24,638 nt of DNA, from assembly GCA_963825055.1 (NCBI GenBank), contig CAWGSK010000019.1, positions 1 to 24,638 of the forward strand, given 5' to 3'. Both the position numbers and the translations under genes were made by a program. Source of the DNA: an uncultured Gemmatimonadales bacterium. Its GTDB lineage: Bacteria > Gemmatimonadota > Gemmatimonadetes > Gemmatimonadales > GWC2-71-9. Under the pieces are notes generated by a model. That model was not told where the DNA came from. It saw only the letters and a list, made by a program, of their open reading frames with translations, and ran no database searches. Shown here one piece after another: positions 18,366 to 24,638 of this stretch (positions within the stretch are counted from its first letter, which is position 1; every line of letters begins with the position of its first letter).

Positions 18366-20258
18366 ATGCATCGCCTGGCCGTCCTCTGCCTGCTGCTCGC
18401 CTCACCCCTGGTCACGGCGGTAGCGCAGCAGGCGAGCGTAGCCGACAGTTCGCCTTTCCGCCCGCTCCCGCTCCCGACGCCCAACCCGTATCGCGGGGCC
18501 GACGGCCGGCCAGGGCCCGCATACTGGCAACAGCGGGCCGACTATACCATCGTCGCCACGCTGGATCCTGACCGCAACACGGTCACCGGTCGCGAAACCA
18601 TCCGGTACACCAACAACGCGCCGGTCGCCCTCCCCTACCTCTGGATGTTCCTGGAGCAGAACATTTGCGGTGCCGAGAGCGTGACCAACCAGCTCCACCA
18701 GCCGCCTCTCGTTTTCCAGGGTTCGGTATTTGACTTCTCCTGCCCCGGTTTCACGGGCGGGGTTACCCTCACGGCCCTCAGGAGCGGCGGGCACGATGTC
18801 GCCCACACGGTACACGGAACCACGATGCGCGTGGACCTGCCGGAACCGCTGGCCCCTGGCGCCACCATCGAGCTGCAGGTGGAGTGGCAGTTCCCGGTGC
18901 CGCCGTACGGGGCGGGCCGGATGGGGCACGACGGCGCGTTGTATGAGATCGCGCAGTGGTATCCGCGCATGGCAGTGTACGACGACGTGCACGGCTGGAA
19001 CCATGAGCCGTACATCGGGGCGGGCGAGTTTTATCTCGAGTACGGCGCGTTCGATGTCTCGATCACGCTGCCGGCCTCGTTCGTCGTGGCCGCGACGGGG
19101 ACTCTCCAGAATCCCGGAGAAGTGCTGACCGCCACGCAGCGCCAGCGTCTCGACCAGGCCCGGCACTCGGACTCGGCCGTGGCCATTATCACGCCGAAGG
19201 AGGCAGGGACTGCGGGAACCCGGCCGGTGAAGAGCGGGACCCTGACCTGGCGCTTCACTGCGGACAGTGTCCGGGACTTCGCGTTTGCGGCGGCCCCCAA
19301 CTTCCGGTGGGACGCGGTCAACTGGGACGGTATCCTCATCCAGACTCTTTATCGCTCCACCGCGTCCCGCTGGCCGGAAGCCATCCACATGGCCCGGGCG
19401 GGGATCAAGCACTTCAGCGAGCAGTGGTTCCGGTATCCGTATCCCCACGCCACCACGATCGAAGGCCCGATCGAGGGCATGGAGTATCCCATGCTTACCT
19501 TCGTGCCGAACGGCAGCAGTCGGGAGGATATGCACTGGACCCTGCTACACGAGTTCGGGCATGAGTGGTTCCCGATGGTCGTCGGTTCGAACGAACGCCT
19601 GTACCCCTGGATGGATGAGGGATTCAACACCTTTATCGACATCTACGGCGTCGAGGACTATTTCAAGGGCACGGCGTACGGGGATACCGTGCACCTGACC
19701 CCGCTGCACCTCTATCCCACGCATGCCGTTCCAGGCGAGGAACAGCCGTTGATTGACCGGCCGGTCGAGTCCCGTGACCTGTTCTGGACCGCATATCGGA
19801 AGCCGGCGCTCATGCTGCGCCTCCTGCGGCACGAGGTGCTGGGGCCTGAAGTGTTCGACCGGGCCTTCCGCGACTACACCCGTACCTGGGCATACAGGCA
19901 CCCAACGCCGGCCGACTTCTTCCGCCTGATGCGCGACGCCAGCGGGGTGGACCTCGACTGGTACTGGAGGGAATGGGTCTATACGACCGCGCGGCTGGAC
20001 CAGGCCATCGATTCGGTGTCGCAGGACGGGGACAGCGTGCACGTTCACTTGTCGAATCACGGCGCCATGGTCATGCCGGCCGAACTCCGGCTGCGGTACG
20101 CGAACGGGAAGGAAGAAACCGTCCGGCTTCCCGTCGACATGTGGAATCTGGGGGATCGCTTCACCTACAGCGCACGCGTACCGGCGCGGGTGTCGTCGGT
20201 GGTGCTGGACCCACGAGGAGTGCTGCCGGATATCGACCGTACGAATAATGCGGAGTAG
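18366..20258 (+). CDS. Secreted M1-family metalloaminopeptidase
   Basis: Signal peptide, YWQQRADY, QWYPRMAVYD, EGMEYP (GXMEN-like) and HEFGH-x18-E (WMDEG). Confidence 0.93.
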   Translation: MHRLAVLCLLLASPLVTAVAQQASVADSSPFRPLPLPTPNPYRGADGRPGPAYWQQRADYTIVATLDPDRNTVTGRETIRYTNNAPVALPYLWMFLEQNICGAESVTNQLHQPPLVFQGSVFDFSCPGFTGGVTLTALRSGGHDVAHTVHGTTMRVDLPEPLAPGATIELQVEWQFPVPPYGAGRMGHDGALYEIAQWYPRMAVYDDVHGWNHEPYIGAGEFYLEYGAFDVSITLPASFVVAATGTLQNPGEVLTATQRQRLDQARHSDSAVAIITPKEAGTAGTRPVKSGTLTWRFTADSVRDFAFAAAPNFRWDAVNWDGILIQTLYRSTASRWPEAIHMARAGIKHFSEQWFRYPYPHATTIEGPIEGMEYPMLTFVPNGSSREDMHWTLLHEFGHEWFPMVVGSNERLYPWMDEGFNTFIDIYGVEDYFKGTAYGDTVHLTPLHLYPTHAVPGEEQPLIDRPVESRDLFWTAYRKPALMLRLLRHEVLGPEVFDRAFRDYTRTWAYRHPTPADFFRLMRDASGVDLDWYWREWVYTTARLDQAIDSVSQDGDSVHVHLSNHGAMVMPAELRLRYANGKEETVRLPVDMWNLGDRFTYSARVPARVSSVVLDPRGVLPDIDRTNNAE

Positions 20259-20347
20259 GCGGACCGGCGGCCGGTGTGATCCGGGCGAATAGCAAGCCGT
20301 GAGCAGTGAACAGGGACTCGTGCTCGCGTGGAACGTATCTTTGTGAC

Positions 20348-20382
20348 AACCGACTCCCGATACCCGATACCCGATACCCGAC
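20348..20382 (+). repeat. ACCCGAT-family heptamer x5 immediately before the argE-like start
   Basis: AACCGAC TCCCGAT ACCCGAT ACCCGAT ACCCGAC tac GTG. A -10-like TATCTT lies at 20336-20341. Confidence 0.88.
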
Positions 20383-20385
20383 TAC

Positions 20386-21537
20386 GTGCCTTCTCTTACT
20401 AACCGGGACCTGCTCGCGCGGCTGGTCGCGTTCGACACGACCAGTCACCGCAGCAACCTCCCCCTCGCCGACTTCGTTGCCGACTACCTGGACCTGCCGG
20501 GCGTGGACGTCCGGCGTCAGGAATCCCCGGACGGGGCCAAGGCAAATCTTGTGATCCGGCTGGGTCCGGCCCGTCCCGGCCCCGATGGCCTCATCGTGTC
20601 AGGCCACATGGACACTGTGCCGGCAGAGGAACCCGACTGGAAAAGCGACCCGCATACGCTGACCGAGCGGGAGGGTCGGCTCTACGGCCGTGGGGCCAGC
20701 GACATGAAGGGATTCCTGGCCCTGGCGGTCAATCGCGCCCGGGCGCTGGCCGCCTCCCCGGCGTTGACCGCCCCGCTGGTGCTGGTCCTCACCTACGACG
20801 AGGAAGTCGGGACGCTGGGCGCCCGGCACTTCGTGGAGCACTGGCCCGATGTGGCCGGGCTGCCACGCCGGGCGCTGATCGGCGAACCGACGTCGCTGCG
20901 GGCGGTGCGGATGCACAAGGGTCACACGAAGCTCCGCTTCATCTTCACCGGCGAAAGCGCCCACAGCGGCTATCCGCACCTCGGTCGGAACGCGATCGAG
21001 CCCGCCGCACGCGCCGTGACGGCGCTCGCCGGATTGCGGGATGCGCTGTCGCTGGAGCGTCCGGCCCTGCACGAGCATTTCGGGAACGTCCCGTACGTAG
21101 CCCTGAACGTGGGGTGCATCCACGGCGGGTCGGCCGTCAACGTGGTCCCCGACCGGTGCGTGGTGGAGGTGGGCTTCCGGCCGCTCCCGCGGATGGATCA
21201 CGCGACGGTGATCGACCGGGTGCGGGAGGCGGTCGCGTCAGCCGCCGGCGAGATGCCGTTCACGATGGAGTTGACCGGCGAAAGCCCTGCGATGATCGGC
21301 GAGGTGACGGAGCTGTACGACGGTCTCCGTGAGGCAGTGGAACAGCGGGAGGAGATCACCGTCTCCTACACCACCGACGGGGGCTGGTTCCAGCGGGCCG
21401 GAATGGAATGCGTGGTTTTCGGCCCCGGCTCGATCGAGGTTGCGCACCGTCCCAATGAATACCTGCCCATGGACGACTTCACCCGTGCCGAGCCGCTCCT
21501 GGACGCGGCCGTGCACACCGCATGCTTCACGACATGA
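20386..21537 (+). CDS. argE: ArgE-like M20A N-acyl-amino-acid deacylase (acetylornithine deacetylase family)
   Basis: LVAFDTTS, SGHMDTVP, GRGASDMKGF, YDEEVG, IGEPT, HKG, AHSG and GPGSIEVAHRPNE. The substrate may differ from acetylornithine (see findings). Confidence 0.85.
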   Translation: MPSLTNRDLLARLVAFDTTSHRSNLPLADFVADYLDLPGVDVRRQESPDGAKANLVIRLGPARPGPDGLIVSGHMDTVPAEEPDWKSDPHTLTEREGRLYGRGASDMKGFLALAVNRARALAASPALTAPLVLVLTYDEEVGTLGARHFVEHWPDVAGLPRRALIGEPTSLRAVRMHKGHTKLRFIFTGESAHSGYPHLGRNAIEPAARAVTALAGLRDALSLERPALHEHFGNVPYVALNVGCIHGGSAVNVVPDRCVVEVGFRPLPRMDHATVIDRVREAVASAAGEMPFTMELTGESPAMIGEVTELYDGLREAVEQREEITVSYTTDGGWFQRAGMECVVFGPGSIEVAHRPNEYLPMDDFTRAEPLLDAAVHTACFTT

Positions 21538-22826
21538 GCATGCCACGCATTGTTCAGGCCGCCCTGACGTGGACCGGTGGGAAGTTCGAGCGGGACGTAC
21601 AGGTGGAGATCACGCCCGACGGCCGGATCGGGGCAGTGGGCCGGCTCGGGCATGAAGGCGCGGAATGGTGGCCCGATCGCGCGCTGCTGCCTGGTATGGT
21701 GAGCGCCCACTCCCATGCATTCCAGCGGGCTCTCCGGGGCCATGGCGAGCGGTTTCCTGACGGAGCGGGAAGCTTCTGGACGTGGCGCGAGGCGATGTAC
21801 GCCCTCGTCCCCACGCTCGATGCCGGATCGCTGCGCGCCTGGTGCCGTCGGACGTTCAGCGAGATGCGACGGGCAGGGATTACGACGGTGGGCGAATTTC
21901 ACTACCTGCATCACGAGGGGGTGGGCGAGGACTACCTGCTTGACCCCGTAATCCTGGAAGCGGCACGCGATGCCGGAATCCGGATCGTCCTCCTGCCGGC
22001 CTGGTATCGCTGGGGCGGCATCGGGGAAAGCCTGTCGGCGGCGCAGGGGCGGTTTGCGACCACCGATCTCGATGCGTTCCGCGGCCACCTGGACGCGCTC
22101 GGCGCCGGCCTGGATTCCACTCGCGAGCATCTCGGCGTTGTGGCACACAGCGTGCGCGCCGCGGCCCCCGACGAGATTGCCGAACTCTACGCGTTTGCCC
22201 GGACGAACGGCCTCCCTTTCCATATGCACCTCGAGGAGCAGCGCCAGGAAGTCGATGCCGCGCAGTCGGCCTGGGGGAAGACGCCTTCGGCCATGATGCT
22301 GGAACGTCTCCCGTCGATGGAGGGACTGACCGCCGTCCATTGCACCCACACCGCACCGGAGGACCTCCGGCGACTGCTTGATCGTGGTGCCGGCGTCTGC
22401 GTCTGTCCCCTCACCGAGGCCAACCTGGGCGACGGCGTGGCCGACGTCCCTGCCCTGCTCCACCGCCCTGGAGCGATCTCCTTTGGCACGGACAGCAACG
22501 CGCGGATCTCAATGCTGGAGGAAATGCGCCTGATGGAGTACGGACAGCGTCTCTCTCTCGAGCGTCGCGGAGTGGTGCGGGATCCGGACGGACAGGTGGC
22601 GCGCACGCTCTTCCAGATTGCCACCACGGGTGGCGCCGCGGCACTCGGCCTCGATACCGGTGCCATCCGCACCGGCGCGCTCGCCGACTTCCTCCTGCTC
22701 GACCTCAGCGCACCGTCGCTGCAGGGCTGGAGCGAGGAGAGGTTGCTGGATGCCTGGGTGTTCGGGGGCGGGGATGAGACGGTGGTGGGGACGGTCGTGG
22801 GTGGAGGACCGGTCGTGAGTCGTTGA
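21534..22826 (+). CDS. hutF: Formimidoylglutamate deiminase (amidohydrolase superfamily)
   Basis: HSHAFQRALRG, SFWTWREAMY, VGEFHYLHH, HSVRA, HMHLEEQ, VHCTH, CPLTEANLGDG, GTDSN and LEEMRLMEYGQRL. ATGA overlap with the upstream stop. Confidence 0.88.
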   Translation: MSMPRIVQAALTWTGGKFERDVQVEITPDGRIGAVGRLGHEGAEWWPDRALLPGMVSAHSHAFQRALRGHGERFPDGAGSFWTWREAMYALVPTLDAGSLRAWCRRTFSEMRRAGITTVGEFHYLHHEGVGEDYLLDPVILEAARDAGIRIVLLPAWYRWGGIGESLSAAQGRFATTDLDAFRGHLDALGAGLDSTREHLGVVAHSVRAAAPDEIAELYAFARTNGLPFHMHLEEQRQEVDAAQSAWGKTPSAMMLERLPSMEGLTAVHCTHTAPEDLRRLLDRGAGVCVCPLTEANLGDGVADVPALLHRPGAISFGTDSNARISMLEEMRLMEYGQRLSLERRGVVRDPDGQVARTLFQIATTGGAAALGLDTGAIRTGALADFLLLDLSAPSLQGWSEERLLDAWVFGGGDETVVGTVVGGGPVVSR

Positions 22827-22863
22827 GTGGTTGAGTCGTAAACCCGGTCGGCCCGTCCGCCTA
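22817..22863. repeat. GAGTCGTT x3 overlapping the hutF stop, and GGCGGAC-like units after the convergent gene's stop
   Basis: GAGTCGTT GAGTGGTT GAGTCGTA on the plus strand; TAG GCGGACGGGCCGAC on the minus strand. Confidence 0.75.
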
Positions 22864-24336
22864 CCTCGCCAGGTTCACGTTCACGAACTCCGCCTCGCCC
22901 GTCACTTCCCGCTCGACACAGGGTATGAGCCATTCCGGCAATGCCGGCCGCATCGCGGGATCGGATAATTCCACCTCGGCAAGTGTCAGGTCCCGGTCGA
23001 CGAACTCGTCGATCTCCCAGGTGAGATCCCCGTCGGGGACCACGTACCTCCGCTTGCGCACGCGACGACCTGCAGTGAGCGGCCAGAGCGACTCGAAGAA
23101 CGAGCCGCTGATTTCCTCCTCGATCTCCACCCGGGATACACCGGTGCCGAGCTTGACCGTCCGGTACCAGTGGGCATCGCGTCCCGCAACGACACCGCGG
23201 ATGCGCTCGGTGATGCGCTCACCGGGGAGATAGCCCTGCGCGATCTCGAGCGGGGTGACACTCCCGGCTCGCTGGGGGAGGCAGCGCAGAAGGTACTTGC
23301 GCTCGATTTCCACGGGGAGCTGCTGGCGGTCGGACAGGGTCTGCACGACCACGGCCACCAGGCCCAGAAGCTCTTCCTGCCGCTTCGCGGGCCACGTCTC
23401 TTCCCAGGCCTGGAAGCGCCCAGCGATCCAGCCCCGCAGGATCTCCGCCAGCTCGAAGAGTCCCGGTGAAGGGTCCTGCTCCCGTTCCTGCTGCAACCGG
23501 TCCGGCTCGACGTGGTCAAGGTTCTGGAGGACGCCGGCAATGCGCTGGCCCTGCTCGGCGGTGGCCTCACCCGCGAGCCGGGTGATGGTCGCGACCAGCA
23601 GGCATCCATCCGTAATGTCGCCGAGGAGGCGCTGCAGGCCCCTGATCTGATCGGCCAGGTCCCGCGCGCCCGGGACGTGCGGGGCCACAGGCTCCAGCAG
23701 GTAGCGCAGGCGCTTGCCCGCGATACGGGCACGGTGCAGGGCCTCGTCGCAGGGCATCTCGATCTCCACCAGCCGTTCCCGCAGGACGGCGGCATGGTCG
23801 CGGAGGAGGCGGGCGGTGACTGTGGTCCAGCTTTCGCCCTGGGTGAAGTGCTCCCGGTCCACCGGCGCCCGGTACACGCCCAGCCGCTTGCGGAGCCGCT
23901 TCTCGAGCTTGTTGACCCGTCCGGGCAGCTTGTCGCGGAGCTTCGCGTCCGCGGCCAGCCTTTCCTCCTGCAGCCGGTTCCTGAGCCACCGGAGCCCGAC
24001 CGCACCGGCGGGCGAGGGGTCGGCCAGGTGCCGGTCGAGCCAGGCAAGCTGGATATCGTGATCCCGGGCGGGGCTGGTGAGATCGGAAAGCGCGGCGAGT
24101 TGCTTCTCCGACTTTCCCCCCAGGCTGCCTTCGAGCTCCTCGTGGTACACGCGCACGAAGACGCGAAGGCGCCGGACCGCGGCACGAAAGTCGTGCAGCG
24201 TTTCCGGGTCACGTACCGCATGGAGCCGGTCGAACTCGGCCCGCACCTCGTCGAGCCGGTCCAGTGCCACGACCCGCGTGGTGTAACGGACGGGGAGGTC
24301 GAGCAGGGCTTCGGGGATGGCCCGCCGCTCAGCCAC
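22861..24336 (-). CDS. CHAD-CYTH fusion (polyphosphate-binding domain + triphosphate tunnel metalloenzyme)
   Basis: CHAD half-motifs LHDFRAAVRRLR..ARDHD and LHRARIAGKRLRYLLE..LQRLLGDITD. C-terminal CYTH motifs VEIERKYLL, IAQGYL, RVRKRRY, WEIDEF, LAEVEL and REVTG. Confidence 0.9.
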   Translation of the reverse strand: MAERRAIPEALLDLPVRYTTRVVALDRLDEVRAEFDRLHAVRDPETLHDFRAAVRRLRVFVRVYHEELEGSLGGKSEKQLAALSDLTSPARDHDIQLAWLDRHLADPSPAGAVGLRWLRNRLQEERLAADAKLRDKLPGRVNKLEKRLRKRLGVYRAPVDREHFTQGESWTTVTARLLRDHAAVLRERLVEIEMPCDEALHRARIAGKRLRYLLEPVAPHVPGARDLADQIRGLQRLLGDITDGCLLVATITRLAGEATAEQGQRIAGVLQNLDHVEPDRLQQEREQDPSPGLFELAEILRGWIAGRFQAWEETWPAKRQEELLGLVAVVVQTLSDRQQLPVEIERKYLLRCLPQRAGSVTPLEIAQGYLPGERITERIRGVVAGRDAHWYRTVKLGTGVSRVEIEEEISGSFFESLWPLTAGRRVRKRRYVVPDGDLTWEIDEFVDRDLTLAEVELSDPAMRPALPEWLIPCVEREVTGEAEFVNVNLAR

Positions 24337-24637
24337 GGCGGATGCCCAGGCTCAGGATCCGCTGGAGCAACTCCGGGTAGGTGATGCCGACATGGAGCGC
24401 CGAGGAGGCGAACTCCTCCTCCCGGGCGATTTCCGGATTCGGGTTGGCCTCGAGGAAATAGAGTTCGTGGGTCGGCGCCAGCCGGAAGTCGATCCGGGCG
24501 TAGCCGTCGAGCTCGAGCGTGCGGTAGATGCGCTTGGCGCTCCGCTCGATTTCCGCCTGGAGCTCTGCCGGGAGGCCCGCGGCCGGGCCCTGGAAAATGC
24601 CGCGCTTCTCCTGATAGTCCGGGTCGTGCTTGACTCG
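24329..24637 (-). CDS. D-Ala-D-Ala-ligase-like ATP-grasp protein, C-terminal fragment (5' truncated)
   Basis: Not in the ORF track. Manual translation: RVKHDPDYQEKRGIFQGPA...IYRTLELDGYARIDFRL...LYFLEANPNPEIAREEEFASSA...YPELLQRILSLGIRRG*. The stop overlaps the CHAD-CYTH start by 8 bp. Confidence 0.85.
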   Translation of the reverse strand, partial: RVKHDPDYQEKRGIFQGPAAGLPAELQAEIERSAKRIYRTLELDGYARIDFRLAPTHELYFLEANPNPEIAREEEFASSALHVGITYPELLQRILSLGIRRG

Positions 24638-24638
24638 C

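Noticed and set aside
22861..23315. Class IV adenylate cyclase call for the CYTH domain
   Set aside because: Most CYTH proteins are triphosphatases, and fusion to CHAD favours polyphosphate metabolism.
24329..24637. Calling the terminal fragment ddl
   Set aside because: It has EANPNP rather than the canonical Ddl motif, no cell-wall gene context is visible, and only a fragment is present.

Overview
High-GC bacterial chromosomal segment. Gene content and repeat style suggest Gemmatimonadota or a similar lineage (inference, not proven). About 19 protein genes, two truncated by the window edges. In order: a surface-protein pair (FN3/Cys-module protein plus a lipoprotein with 9 invasin-type Ig repeats); a secreted DUF1579-like protein behind an AraC regulator; a Ycf46-like AAA+ ATPase; a DHA2 MFS transporter; a carboxylesterase; a YcbB-type L,D-transpeptidase; a YpfJ-type zinc metallopeptidase; an acidobacterial-type PadR divergent from type III glutamine synthetase; a second DHA2 MFS transporter; two hypothetical proteins; an M1 aminopeptidase; a translationally coupled ArgE-like M20 deacylase + HutF pair; and a CHAD-CYTH fusion coupled to a Ddl-like ATP-grasp gene. 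I saw no rRNA, tRNA, CRISPR or mobile element. Most notable: (1) the argE-like/hutF coupling, suggesting a non-orthologous N-formylglutamate deformylase; (2) three short tandem repeat families (GGCGGACA, AACGACTC, ACCCGAT) at gene borders with a consistent strand polarity, with ACCCGAT arrays occupying the Shine-Dalgarno position of three genes; (3) a reversed CHAD-CYTH architecture; (4) an unannotated protein with a gap-free internal duplication. All family calls are from motif recognition, not database searches.
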